Of a stretch of 64,000 nucleotides of DNA, positions 24,729 to 39,790 are shown piece by piece. The stretch is from NCBI GenBank assembly GCA_053919585.1, contig CM132789.1; one strand, 5' to 3'. The notes under the pieces are model-generated. The model saw only the letters and a program-made list of their open reading frames with translations, did not search any database and was not told the origin of the DNA. Numbering within the stretch: position 1 is the stretch's first letter; the number at the start of each line of letters is the position of its first letter. The DNA comes from Euprymna scolopes (lineage: Eukaryota). The position numbers and the translations under genes were made by a program.

Positions 24729-27700
24729 AAGAAATCTTATAGATGTCAACTATTTCTTCCAATCACAATTATTTCTGAATCCCTATTTTTTATCTTTTAA
24801 TTGGGATTTCTAAATTGCAATTTCTCTCTTAAACTTTACATAAGTTGGATAGCAAAGATATTTGAAGTAATTTCTAATCAATATTTTTATTCAGTAAAGA
24901 TCATTAAGAAAATTTAATGAGAATTTATATTGTTTGGCTATAATGATCTCTCATCTTTTTCGTTAAAGCCAGATGTAGAAGGTGTACTATCAGGTGTTGA
25001 CTGCTCATGAACTATCTGTGATTAAATCTCTCTTTTCCAACAAAGACACAGTTTGCTTTCTGGTCTTCTTGTATCAGGAATCTTCTTACAGAATTCTTCC
25101 CCACTTTTACTTCAGACTGACTGATTTACAATGACATGCATTATTGTTAGCAGATATATTATCTTTTAATTCTCTGTGCCTGATAAACACCTGATCTCTC
25201 ATTTTTTTTTTTTTCTTTAAATGTAAATATTTAAAATATGGTGTGTCAACAGGAAAAAAGTATTCCAAAAACGCAAATGATTTTTGAAAACGGACATGAT
25301 ATTCATTTGCCTATCACCCAACATCATTTTTATTCAATCATCATCACCACCATCATCATCGTCATCATCATCATCATGTTTAAGTAACAAACAATTGGTT
25401 CAAAGATTAAAATAGCTGTGGCTGTTAATGGGGCCTGGGCAGGCCATTTTTTCCCCCTGCCCCTTCACATCTCAGTATTTATGCCTGCCTTGACACCAGA
25501 GCTGCGGTTTTGACTTGTGATTTCCATGTCAATTAAAAAAAAAAAAAACTCAGTTTCCTGCCAATGCTCATTTGGAGCGACTTCCTGTTAGTCGCATTTA
25601 TGTTGTAGATTTTTCTATCATAAACAAAAAAAAAACGAAAATTCCTAGATATATTTGTAATTTCATTTTTTAAATTCCTATCACAAAAATCTCATTTTAT
25701 TATTTGTTACTTATTCTGATTATTAGAAAAAAAAACATTTTAAGTATTTTTAAATACTTACAAAAACGTTTCTATTCAATCAATTAATGGTGCAATCTGT
25801 GCACATTTGCTGAGCATTTATTTTCAAAGACAGTTGCACTAGAAATAGACTCAACTAGAATTTTAGTAGAATTAAAGCGTTAAACATATCACTTGAGAGA
25901 GTGGAAACTTGAATCAGTTTTTCCTTTCATTTGAAAAAAAATGTCTTCTTGAAAAACGTTTCCTTCTCATAATTTCCTTTGCCAATTCCATTTTCATTAT
26001 CATTGTCTTTATCGCTGCAGACATTATCATCATCACCATATAAGTTGCTTTATACTTATATAATTTATTGCTGGATTTATGTTTCATAAGAAACACTTTC
26101 CCATTATCTTGATAACGCTAACATATGAAGTAGTTAAAAGACAAAAGTTTATTGTTTTATTACTTCACTCTTACTTTTTAAAATTAAAATTATCCCTGAC
26201 CCCATTTCTCTAAAAATTTATGATTTTTTTCATCATCTGTTAGTCTTGACTGATGATCTCAACTGCCTTATTTGTTTCTGCCTTTATCTAGATTTGATCC
26301 TACATCTCGGACCTTAGTCTTTTTTACCTCTCCTGATGAACTACTACTCGATTTTGATCACTCATTTTCTTACAAGTTTGTGAATTTACTTCGATACATT
26401 CCTATTTTTAATCAGTCACATTGTCGCCAAAGATTGTCTGGCAACTTCTTTCTCTTGGCACCAAATTCTGAAATATTTTTTTTATTTCTGGTCCTTTGAA
26501 TCACTTTTTATATTTTGGCATATAATTTCATAAAAACATTCCATTATTATGATTATCAGTTTTTTGCATTCGTGATAAAAAAAATTGTCTTTTATATTTG
26601 TTATAATATATTAGCAACTTAGTCAAACATTCCAACTATTTTTTATGATTCTGTGTTCAAAAAAAATATTCCAGATTCCACTTTCTGATCATTGCAATTT
26701 TTCCTCTTTATTTTTCTCAAATTTATAATTAGTGCTGTTTTGTTGGCTTCATATTTTGCTTTTAGAGGAAGTAAAAATAACTGCTATATTTTAAGATAAA
26801 CTATAAATTATAAATTTGTTAGAATTTATGATTTTTTTTTTCCTTACAGTTTTTTTTCTTTAAAAAATGTTTTGTGTTTAACATTAGGGATTCATTTTGA
26901 TTTAAAAATAACTTAGAACAAAAAAATGGTTAATAATAAAATATGCTTTTTTCAAAATAATTTCCGTTCGTTTTTAAAATGGAATCATTTATCTCCACGA
27001 TTTTCAAACTTTTCTCTTTGATATTTTTCTAATATATACTCATAAGGGCATTGACGTTAGGCAGATATTCTTGTATAAACCAGATGACAGATTTGTCTAA
27101 TACAAATCACTTTTCATCTTATTGTCTACTCCATGAATACTTTTATAAAGTTTATTTTTCACTTACAAACATGGCCTCATTTAAATAATCTTCCTGATAT
27201 ATCTCCAAGAAAGCTTTAAACTTTCATTCCCCAGCTATGGCTAAAAAGAACTTTTTGTTTACAATGGATAGTTTATCATAGGTGATTGCATACTCAACAT
27301 TAAATAGCGCATAAAAGGTTTGATTAATCAAATTATAAAAATAATGCTAGAAATTGTAATGATAGAGCTAGATTTCATTGGTCAAGGAACAATGAAAACG
27401 AGTATCTATTTTTATTAGTCATGCTTGATAAGGGAGTTATTTCAGTGTTTCTTTTTATCAGATTATATGGACTTAGATCTTATTCATATATACCCCCCCC
27501 CCATTTTATTTTAATTAACAAGCACAGACAAAGTGCATGTGGTGGTTACAATAGATATACTAAGTTAACAGATCATTTTTTTTTTTTTAGCACTTCCCCA
27601 TTTTTTTCTTTAACGTTAAGATGAACATCAAAATTAATAAATTGTCTTCATATCTGAGTAAATTTGATCCAATGCAATTCTCATTTTATTCATTCTCAGA

Positions 27701-28972
27701 AAATATTGATAAATCCATATCAAAGAGAAGCATAAGATTAAAATTGGGTTTCCATTGCCCAAAACTTCATGTAAAACCATTCAAAGGTTTTGTGATCTTG
27801 ATTTACGTTCTCATCCAATTCTTCTGTAGAATAAGATACTTTATTTTAAAATGCGCACATTTTCATCCAATTCACCTCATAAACAGCAAATTTGAATGTA
27901 TACAAACCTATTTCTGAACATTTACCTCTACAATAATATGAATAGATGGATCTGAAAGAGTAAGCTATAATAAATTTAGTCTTTGTTTTTTGGTGCTTGA
28001 CTTCAATCATTACAATACACCTCAGACTACTTGAACTTTTACCTCACATCCTCGTATAAGACCCACCTGCATGATCTCTGGCTGCTCATTACTCGTTTGG
28101 AAGTTTCTATATATTTAAGTTTTAAAAATTTTAAATGACTTGGTGCATGTAGTCATCTCTCATTTTTGTAACCCAATGCTTTTGGTTTTAGATTTTCTTT
28201 TGTCTCGGTGTGAATAATAAATCAAAAATTATTTCTTTTTGTTTTTTTAAGTGATTACCTCATGTCCTTTATAACGTTTTTCCTTAGATTCTTGGAAATG
28301 ATTTTGTTCATATCGCAAATGACTGACTTTTCATATGCTCAACTAATGACTTTCATTCTCTTAATTTCTTTACACAAATAAAAATAAATCATCCAAATTT
28401 TCTTTTAAATGAAACTGTTTTATGGCCATATTCATTGAAGTACTTTACGCAACACTGAATTTCTTGATTTCTTTAAAGCTTTTATGCTAATTTTATTTAC
28501 TCATGACTATGTCAAATTAATCTCTGACTCGCTTCATATTGGTTTTTATCTGTTAATCTGTTCATTATTTGTATATAAACCCTAATATTTGTTTTGTTTC
28601 CACTGCAATGGACTATTTCTTACCCCTTTGATATTATTTGGTCTGAATAACATAAGGAACCATCTCCATGACATGACTCTAGTTTGTCAACATTTATACT
28701 CCTAGCAATTTATTCATACACATTGATGCAGTATTTGCTCACAGCCCCTGCTATACCGAAATGGTTACTAGATTCATTGTCACATAACTTTGATGATCTG
28801 ATGGAAACTAGTGTCAATGTGATTTAGAAATCTCTGCTGGTTATATTATATTCTACGATTGTTGATAACTGAATTCATTTGCTGCTGTAGAATTCATAAT
28901 TTAATTGAAATAATTTGATTAGCTCAAACACTTACTGTTGATAAGTTTCAAATTTCATGTTTGAATATATAT

Positions 28973-29028
<56 letters not shown>

Positions 29029-29437
29029 ATGATTTCATGTATCCGCATAACATTTTATAAGGAGATATATTTTCTGCATTGATTTTCAGTATGTACTTCA
29101 ACAGTGCTCAATACATGAGTAGAGCTAAGTAGTAAATTATGGAAATATAGATGGCAATTAAGCTACATAGAATGATCTGCATTTATTCCTTTGTAAGGGC
29201 TTATCAGGCTAGACTTGCCATATATATTTTCAAAACTAATATATATATATAAAATAAAAATTACAATTAAATTTACCAAAATGATCCAAGATGGTAAAAC
29301 TAAAGTATATTATAAATATTAAAGAATTAATATTTATAAAGTAATCTCAACCAGTGTCAACTAGTGTTTACTTTTCAAATTAAATGTGTTTAACTCTTTT
29401 TCAAAGTGTTTTTAACATGTTTTATTAACTATTTGCT

Positions 29438-29508
<71 letters not shown>

Positions 29509-32500
29509 CATCTGTACCAAAACAGTTGTATATTTGGTCACGAAACCTTTCCATCTCATGACCTATCTTTTAAAATCGGTCATCCTTCACCAGCAGTTTA
29601 TGGTTGAAAGAGTGGAAAATTATTTAAAATCATGTAAGATTGTTATAAATATCAATTTTAAACTAAAAATAACCATTTCCTTGTAAGACTTGTTTAAAAT
29701 CTGTGTAGAAATGTCAAATATCTATTCATAATTTTGACTTTGAAATGACAAACTAATAAGTTTTTGTTTAGATGCAATTAGAAAACTGTTTCCATTTTAC
29801 TCTCACTATTCATTGTTTTCTCCCTAAAGAAGAGTGTGGGACGATGCCAATCTTCAGGATTGAATCTGCTGGATTAACAACTTCTTCAAAACAAAGCTTT
29901 GGCAAATTGGTTTATTGAATATAACCAACAGTATTGATGAAAGGCATAACTTACCCTCATTCCAATGTGAGTTTTTTTTATGCCACATTTGTTGCTGCTA
30001 TTGTGTCCGTCCATTTCAGTCATGTGACGTTGTTGTCATCATCTTACAGGTGATAATCAGAAGGGAGAGAGGAGGGGCTAAATCAGCTGAATATTCATGA
30101 CTGATGTTTCTTAAAAAACAAAGTGTATATAATATTATATCCGATGACCTCTCTCCTTCACTTGCACACAAAAAGTAGACTGCATTACAAACATTGAAAG
30201 ACTTTCTCCATGAAGCTTATTCTAAACTTTTGTTTGCTTTTTTTTTATTATTCAACCTTGCATACAAGTAAATTGTTGGCATTATTTATGACATTTTAAA
30301 TTATTTTGATATACTCAATCTTCTCACTTCATCATCTTAATCGCTACAAACGTCTATCTTATACCTATTTAGCTATTTGTTCTTATATAATTTAATTTCC
30401 TGTTTAACTATTTATGTTCCTATATAATTCAATTTCCTATTTAGCTTATGTACCTATATTCCTGTAATATTTTTACTTAGAATTTTAGATTTAAGGTTAA
30501 ACTTTTTTGTAGAAAATATTTTAATAATTTGTCACACCATTTAAGCCTGTTCAATTGGTGACCAAAATCTCCCGTTTAGGGAGATATTGCAGGTGCTCAC
30601 GTCATTGTTGTAGGTGTTTCTAGTGTGAGATGACTAACATTTCTTGTTCCCTGGGCAAACTCTCCATTTGTGAGGGCATGGCAGGGCCAGACAGGGGTAG
30701 TGATCAGCTTGCATCATAGATAAAATATGATATTGTGCAGCATATGCATTTATGCCATTTGTGTGTTAATGTGCAAATTTAGGGCACTCATACCTTCCTG
30801 AAGATTCCCCGATAATAATGAAAAAAAAATTTGAATTATGATTATACAACAATTCAAATTCAAATCTTTTGCAGTTGAACTGAAAATGTTATTGTTTATT
30901 CCTACTTCCCCACCTCAATCCTTATTTTTATTATTCTGAACAAGGATGTTATAGACGTGTTTAGATGTTTTCAAAAATGAGTAATTTGAATTCATGTTTC
31001 TATCTATATTCTTTGTATCGGGGGAGAAAGAAACAAAAGCGTTGTCCTACTATGAAATTGATTTATCATTCATGATTTTTGTTTTCTTTCAATAATTCCA
31101 GGTATATCTGAAGAGCATTTTCAATGTTTGAAGATGTTTTCTTTTTCAATCTTCTCATCTAATCTGTATGGGATGTCATCTCTTCTACAGATTTTCTTTA
31201 TTTCTTATGATTAATGAGAATCTTACCAATTAAGATGTGAAATAGCATCTCATAGAATGCAAGTATTTACTAAGCTTTGAGAACATAAAAGTACATTGCA
31301 GATCTAGAATACACAGCCCTTAATCAGTTTTTACAACTGTTTATATTCCAATACAAAAAGGGACAATAGTTTTTCTTTTATATCTGACGAATAGAATTCG
31401 ACCTGTCCTGTTACTCAAATATCTTTGCCGAATTTAAATTTTCTGATTTGTTCATAAGAATATGGAGATTATTTTCAATTCTTAATAAATTTAAAGATTT
31501 TATTTGATTAGAAGATTGAATGCAGAAACTGATTTTTTCTTTCAACTACATTTGAATCTTTAAATTTCTAATCAAATTAGAAATAATCCAAATCAAATTG
31601 AATGCTTTTTTTACTGTTAAATTCATTGTTCTCATCTCTTATTAAAAAGACTGTTCAACTCCACTTAATATTTTCATCTTATTTACCATTCATGGTGGTA
31701 TTGTTGTTGTTGTGTAATGTCCTAAAATAATTTTATTGGTTATTTTGTAGAAAATCATGTTTCCCTGTTTCCTATTTCAGTGTTTTGCTTTGTCTTTAGC
31801 CTGAAATCCTTTTTGAAATGCCATTCTGTTACATTTCATTATCATCCTTACGTCCATGTGTTATTGTTTTGTTGCTGTTTTGTTATTGTTGATTCCCTTT
31901 TATCTTTTTATAGAATTATCTTTGAAAATCATCATTTCTTATTTAGTTTTTGTGTTGTTTTTTGTTTTGTTTTTTGTTTTGTTTTTCATCCATATTGTTA
32001 CAAAAGAATTTAGTTGTACTTTTGTCAAACATCAAAGGATCTTTGTGTAATTAACAATTTTATAAGCAAATCCAAAAAGGATCTGTCACCATTGACAATG
32101 TCTGTTTGTCCCTTCCCCCTCGCCATGTATAAAATGTTCACCTTTCATCCTTACCTATTCTCCTCCTCACACTTTCTTGGTCATCTTCATCTTGTAGCTT
32201 CTTTTTCAAAATGATGAACTGTGTCGGTCAATTCACGACTATACAAAGCAAATCAAAAGTCTACTAAGGGTAATTTCCTTCAAATGACAAAGAAAATCAT
32301 TTGGCAATGAAAAAAAAATGTTTAATAAAAAAACAAAAAAAAAAACATGCCACCAAATAAGTGTGAATTGTTGCAATACTTTCCCTTTTCATTCATTATT
32401 GTTTTCTAACCCCATTGTCAATACTTTTTGGTTTTTTCTTCCTCAAATTTTGTTTTGTTTTTAATTTATTCAAAAATAAATATTAATGTTAGCTCCTTTC

Positions 32501-34160
32501 TCAATGACTAGTTGTTTTATTTTTTATTTTTTTGTTCGCTTGACAATCACTTTTTTTTAAACTATTTTAACACAACTTCCTCAGTAAAAACCAAACGGTA
32601 CAGAATAATAACAGTCTAGTAATTATAAGCATTTAATCCTGTAAAACTTACTTTTGAATTTAGATCAAAATAAATCCTGAAGCGGGTGATACTAATAATT
32701 CCTCTTTCCTTTTTGTCACCTCATATCCACCCTTCCTTATTTCATTTTATTTTCCTTCTCTGTCTCTAAGTTACTCTCTCTCCTTATCAATGATTTAAAG
32801 TCAGACTGATTTTTCCCATACATTGTACACCCATTGTCATTCGCATTTTGATTCTACAAATGTTGTTTTTAACAATTTTCTTAAGTAAAGCATTCGCTAT
32901 TGTCATCGAATTAATGTATCATAATTTCTTTTTTTTTTTCTGTGCTAATTTGCATTATCCTCCGCTTCCAATAATTATAACAATAATTAAAAAGAAAAAT
33001 GATTGGTAAATTGAATTATCATCTAACATAAAACTAGCATTTAAAGTTAAGAAGACAAATGACATGACAACATATGTAATATTATCATCATCACCATCAT
33101 TATTCATCATGACCAGTACTAACAGTGAATGTACTTCTTTGGATATGATGTCATCAGTTTGTCATCATTTCATATACAAAAGAAAAAAAAAAGATTAAAA
33201 AATCCAACTGATATTTTATGGAACACATCCACAATTTCCGATTATCAAAGATCTTTTGTCATCTTTCTGTAAAAAAAAAAATTTTTTAAATTAAAAAAAA
33301 AAAAAAAAAACTAAAAAAAAATGATTTATAACAAGTCATTTCTTAACTTCATTTCATAGTCTAATCATTTTGCTAAACAATTTTGAATAACTGAATGATT
33401 AGTTCTTCATTTTGGAGATTTTTCAGCCAAAAATGAGAAGACTATTGATGCCAGCAATATATTAAAGAAGACAAAATTAGATCTATCTTTTTGAAGAAGT
33501 TTCAGTCCTGGTGTGATATATACGTGTAGAGAAAAATAATGATAATAAACTGGCTTCATTGTAGTCAATTGGTTTGTGTCCTTTTTTTTTTTTTTTTTTT
33601 CTTTTTCATTTAAGACATTTTATTTTCACTCATGTCAGTAAAAATGAGAAAAAAAAACTTATCAAGACAATTTATATACATACAAATATAAAAGCATACT
33701 TTTTAGATTTTATTTTGTAAAATTCTCTTTATTTTTGTATACTCATTTGTTGCTTTCTTTTGCTCATAAAAAATTACTTATACTGATCAAGGATGTTTTA
33801 TAGGTAAGAGAAGCGTGATATTTTTAATATGAATTACCATGGCAACGTTTAAGAAAGATTTGATTTTTAATTGTATTTATTTCCATGTTAAAATTGGGAG
33901 TCTTCTTTCGATATTAAGATAAGTATTCTGGTGTCTATATTTAAAAACGTGTGTTTTGTAATTAGGTTTTAAAGGGACAATAAGAAATGCAGGACAAAAG
34001 ATAGAAATTCAAAATCACTCCAAGCGCATGTCTCTTGTGAGTTAATTGGCTGCATTACCCCCTCCCCGATCATACATTTTGATTGGCTGACCATTGTGTG
34101 CATGCCGAGGCTTTTCTTTTTATTATCTGCTGTTTAATTATTATTAGTTCATAGAACCCA

Positions 34161-34349
34161 NNNNNNNNNNNNNNNNNNNNNNNNNNNNNNNNNNNNNNNN
34201 NNNNNNNNNNNNNNNNNNNNNNNNNNNNNNNNNNNNNNNNNNNNNNNNNNNNNNNNNNNNNNNNNNNNNNNNNNNNNNNNNNNNNNNNNNNNNNNNNNNN
34301 NNNNNNNNNNNNNNNNNNNNNNNNNNNNNNNNNNNNNNNNNNNNNNNNN
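34161..34349. other. Assembly gap (189 N)
   Basis: Run of n. Confidence 1.
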
Positions 34350-35146
34350 TTTGTCTGCTTGCTGCCATTTTTTTTTCCTTATGCAATGATTTGATCCCAT
34401 GGTTTCACTGTTATATGTTTATTCTTCCACAGCACTTTTATATTAAATTGTTTTGCAATGTTTACATACACACAAACACATATATATTTTTTTATTTTAT
34501 TTTTTTTATTTTGTTACCCTACTTTCCTTATATCCATCCCTCTTGCTTTGAAGGTCCATACGTCTTCTGCAGCTCACTCTGTCAAATGTTTGATTTGTGT
34601 CCAGAATAAAATATAACATTGTGAGGTTTTTTATTATCAATTTCAAGAAGAAAGTGCATTGCAAGTCTACAAAAGTAAGTCTATTAAAATATTTCAGATG
34701 AGGAAAAAAAATCCCTCATTAATATATTTTATAATAATTTTGTTTTGAAATGTTTTTCTTTTTTTTTTTCCATGGAATCCTCTTCCCATGGTTTTTATCT
34801 GCTGATAAGAGTATTTGTTTTTATATCTCTTTAGAATATTTCCATTTATTATCTATTTGTGCCTAAAACTAAAGATAAATTTCATGATTAGTTTCTTTCC
34901 TAGAAATGCCCATCTGTGGAACATAATACCATGGGGCTGCTTCCTAGCTGACCATTTTTAACTCTAACATGAACAAGGACCATTTTTAATTCTAACATGA
35001 ACAAGTTCTTGTTGAGCTGTCCTCTTAAATAAGCAAACACTACCTAAGTTCCACGATTACCAAACATTATAGTATTATTTCACCTGACACTCATTAACTC
35101 GTAATGTTGTCACCTTTAGCCCTTGATAAGTGGTAACCCCACTCCC

Positions 35147-35194
<48 letters not shown>

Positions 35195-38100
35195 TTACAG
35201 CTCTCTTTTTTGAGTTTGCAAGTTATGAAAAGAATGATCTAATTTTCCTGATTGAAGCACCTAACACACATGTATATGATTAGAAAATGTATGTAATCAC
35301 TAAATCTTGCAAGATCTGTTCTTGCTTCATTTTGCGGGTTACGATTTCAATTGTTCTTCAAGAACATATTCATGATTTTAGTTAAATTCACATTTTATTT
35401 TACTCTGGACACATTTTTTTGTTTTGTTTTAGCAATCTTTTGACACTTTTTTTTAATTTAAATTTTTTTTTTCAACACATGTTTTTGTTATGATGTGTTG
35501 ATTATCATGTGCAACTACACAAAAATTCATGCCTGTTTTATTTGTGTATTTTGTTTTTTTTTTGTTTTAAGCTTTTATTCTGCCTTTTTGTTGCAAATAT
35601 ACAACCACAGCTCAATGTATATCAGTTGATTTGTAAACATTATGAAGGACGCATGAAATTTAAATCTGCATTCTTTTATTTCTAGTCAGTAATGAATAAA
35701 ATAGTAAATAAAATTCTCAAAATAAAAAAAAACATTTATATTAAATTTAGTCACTTATATAGGTTTTCTACATTTTTCCCCCCTTGGTTATATGAAGAAG
35801 TTTCTTTATAAAATGAATTGCCAATTTGGTGAAAAATATTAAGAAATATTTTTTTACATCAATAATTTAGAATTTTTTTCTTTTTTTTAGTCATTATATA
35901 TTTTAATCTTCATATGTTTAACCATCACATTTTTGTTTCTGACTTATTTTTACTAATATTTACATCTATGATATGCAGTTTTATTTCGTATGATTCTATA
36001 ACTTATTGTTAACAAGACCACTATTTTAATTTATTTTCTACATTATTCGTGTAAATTGTTTTTAGTTACTTTGAGCTCCTTTGTTTATAGATTGTTTTAT
36101 TTTTTTATTTTTTGCTCAAATTGCATTTTTTTCTTTGTTTGCCTTTGTTTTTTTATTTTCAGTTTTGTTTGTATTTTCACTTGACCCATCCACCAAAAAG
36201 GAAATTAGCAAATACTTACAGATTCCTTGAATCTTTTTAATTTGATAAAATCATAGGTCCGACATAAATGATTTTAATTTTGAATTGTTTATAAATTTTC
36301 TAACAAAATAACTCTTTCCCAAATGAATGCTTTTGCTTCATGATGAATTTAAATTATTGTTAGGCCTCGCATGATTATTTATTAAAAAAATTAAATTTTG
36401 GAATATTATATTTTTGTTTCCTCATGTGTACGTACATCACACAGATTTATCTTTATTTTTTAATATAGAGGGAATTCTGAACAAAAAGAGATTTTTTTTT
36501 TTTCTTGAGGAGGTTTTGCATAATTATACGTTCTTTATACTCTCTCACTTCCACCACAAGACTGCAACAACATTCTGCTCACTTAAAGACTTAAGCATAA
36601 TAAAATTTGAACCATAAGGAAATACAAAAAAAATTATGTTGACACTGAAAATCTTAAGTTCTATCATTATAAGACTCTTTGATTTATGCTTGTTCTGGCC
36701 TAAAGATTTTTCAATCAAAAATATGGTGCTAATGCAAGTATTTTGGGATCTGAACTCTTTTCTGCATTAAAATGGTTCAAGGATGTATCAGTATTATGTA
36801 CCTCATTTGGGATGGAGATTCCAGCTTTTTAAAATAAATCTATATTATGATCCCTCTCCCATAACAACCATTTCAAAAGGTATTTGCAGAATGGTAGCCG
36901 ACTTGGTTTGGAAAACCAGTATCTGGTCACTCATGTAAGTATTGACCAGACAATATCACTTCAGTTATCTTAGGGGAACTGATATGTCAACCTGATCATA
37001 CAATTAGAACTTCAATTACAAAATGGAAGCATTAATACATTTAAAATTTTATTTTCTTCATTACAGTTCATCATTTAGAACCAAAGTAAATTTTTTTTTT
37101 AAATATCTTTTTTTTATGTCGAAACTTAAAAAAAATTTTTTAATTTACTTATATAAAAAAAGGTCCTATTTTCTCCCTTCCATTCTTTGTTATTCATTTT
37201 ATTTTGTTTCTAATTTTGCAATGCTTTTAATAATATGCCTCTCTCTCTCTCTCTATCTCTTTCTTCATTATTTCCCCTTTGTTCTCTGTTGTTTTACACC
37301 AGAAAAGTTGAGAAATGTTTTTCATCTGTGTCGACCTCTCCCTCCATCCACAGTCACCACCTGTGCTTTTTGTTATTTTTTATCTGTTGTCTCTCACTTG
37401 CTTCCACCTGTGAATGGTTTTTGTTGTTTGATTTTTTTTTCTTACACCTTTCCTTTATTCCCTAAACATTAGTGGAAGGGGCTACATGACAGAAAGTGGG
37501 TCAGTTAATCAAAAATGCTTTCTTTTAGAAAAATTTAGATCAAATATGATTCAATCTATTAATTTTAATGCAGATCTCTTTTTATATTCCAGTCAACTTG
37601 CTGACTTTAATTCTAAAAGTATTTTTAATAAATTCTTTGTAATCTATTATTTCATTATTCGTAATATTAACATTAATGCAGTCTTTGTAGATACTTTGTT
37701 TTATTATTTTGATCATAGTTGATTTTGAAGAACAAAAGCTTTTACATGAAGTTTTTAATCGATTTAAAAAGAAAATAAAAACATGTTCCTGTTAATACCA
37801 TTCCTCTAAAGATAACAAATTTGAAAAGATCCTAAGGATCAGCTCTGCCCCCTAGTTAACCATTTCCAACTGTTGTAACACAACTTCTAACATCTTATAG
37901 AAATGCTCTTCAGATTCCTGATTTTCTCTTTACGGTTTCTATCTTATCTAATGTTAATGATGTTGCCATGGAAAAATGCTTTAATTCTTGTTAATTTTAC
38001 TTTTCTTTTACTAAAATATTAACAAATTTTCTTTGACTAACATATTCTGTATATTTTATATTAATTTTATTTGCTTTAATTTTAAAAAATTTATATTAAT

Positions 38101-38364
38101 TTTATTTGATTTAAATTAAAAAAACATTTTTTTTTTCTCATTTACACTGATCATCAATTCTTGTGAACATTTTGTTGTGCAGTTTTTTTTTTTGGTAATT
38201 TCCAGGTATGATGTTCAAATCAAGTAACCAATGCTTTGATAGTTTTCTTTGTACTTTTGTTTCTCATTTTCACCTAATTAATATAATTTTTTTTTAATTG
38301 GTGATTAGATTAAAGCTCATCATAGAAGTGGGTAAAAAGGACAACTGCTCATTAGAAATTAGTT

Positions 38365-38416
<52 letters not shown>

Positions 38417-38424
38417 ATATATAT

Positions 38425-38867
38425 ATGTTTTTATTTGTTTTTGTTAGCGATACTTTATTGAATGAATTCAAGTATTTATATGAAAGTGCATTTTTACCTA
38501 AATGCTTGTTGGGAATAATTTTCCCATTGACCAATCTGGTATCCCCTTAATGGGGAGCGGCATATATATTATTTTTAAAATATAATTATCCACTGACGCG
38601 TGTTTCGTCGTCCACGACTCATCAGAGTGGTTGAATCTAGCGAGATTTGAAATCGGCACCTCGTGATAAGAAGCCTAAACTTCTACCATGCGACTAACCT
38701 CGCCGGACTACTAAATGTATTGCTTTTATGTAGATGTTTTCATTTGTTTTTGTTAGCAATACTTTCTTGAATGAATTCAAGTATTTATACGAAAGTGCAT
38801 TTTTACCTAAATGCTTGTTGGGAATAATTTTCCCATTGACCAATCTGGTAACCCCTTAATGGGAGCA

Positions 38868-38876
<9 letters not shown>
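38425..38876 (-). mobile_element. Retrozyme/SINE-like partial tandem element (period 309 bp) with tRNA-like head and hammerhead
   Basis: ~143-bp near-identical direct repeats at 38425-38568 and 38734-38876 bracket the tRNA-like segment (38638-38704, minus) and the ribozyme; flanked on both sides by (TA)n. Confidence 0.8.
38590..38630 (-). ncRNA. Minimal type I hammerhead ribozyme
   Basis: Minus strand CCACU-CUGAUGA-GUCG(UGGA)CGAC-GAAAC-ACGC-GUC^AGUGG: complete catalytic core, 5-bp stem I, 4-bp stem II, short stem III; predicted cut between 38595 and 38594. Confidence 0.92.
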
Positions 38877-38901
<25 letters not shown>

Positions 38902-38904
38902 CAA

Positions 38905-39790
38905 ATAATATAAGTTGTACCCAGCTACACATTGCTGTGGCTCAGTTTGTTTAAATGGAAAACAACTAAAAAAAAGACAAAATGTATGTTTATTATCTTG
39001 ATGTTCTCAATACTTGTGGATATACAATATCTTGAGACTTGTTAATGGTTATTGCAAACCACAAGGAAATTATGAAGTGCAATATCTTCAATAAAAATGG
39101 TATATCCATTGAAGTCATTATTCAAAAAAAAATGTCCTTATTTTTCCACATATTTTTGGAGAAAAAAATATTGCATTCAAATATAATTGATGAGAATGTT
39201 TGTTAGCATTTTGGTTCCTCCTCATTATAGTAGCAAAATTTGGAAATCAAGATGATGTTCAAGTGGAACCAATGAATTGCCATATCACGAGAAAATAGTT
39301 TCCAAAAAAATTAGAAATGTTGGTTATTTCCCTTGTGTTTATGGCACATGTCACATAACCAAAACAAACATAAAATCATTTTTTAGTTGAATCTTGGAAG
39401 ACATAACTAATTCTGCCATGACACTTAGGTAACGTTTTTAATTTTTTAAATCGACAAAAAAATGGTGTTGTTTTCATTGTGATTTTAATTAAAAATCAAC
39501 CTTTTGACGGTTGGATTTAAGCACAATAACAAAGAAGTACCCTTTTTATCGGCCTGCCTGTACAATGCACACCTCACATATATTTTATTGGCATTTTTGC
39601 AGAATTTGTCCCAGATCATCGGGAATTCACGTCAATTATGGTTCGGGCTCAACTAGTAGTCACCAGATGAATTTCAAAATAAAGTAACCATAAAAAAATA
39701 GGAATACAGTTTTTAAAAAAAATTAATAAAAATATACTCTAAATTTAGTGAATATATTACTTTTTCTCAAAAAAACTTGCATTTTATAGT
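38905..39790. mobile_element. Probable Helitron-derived remnant
   Basis: TGTACCCAGCTACACATTGCTGTGGC resembles a common Helitron subterminal motif; minus-strand IVYPQVLR (~39003-39030) resembles the RepHel helicase C-terminus (recalled, not searched). Confidence 0.4.

Noticed and set aside
38638-38704. True tRNA gene
   Set aside because: Only degenerate A/B boxes; no convincing cloverleaf, and it sits inside a repeat.
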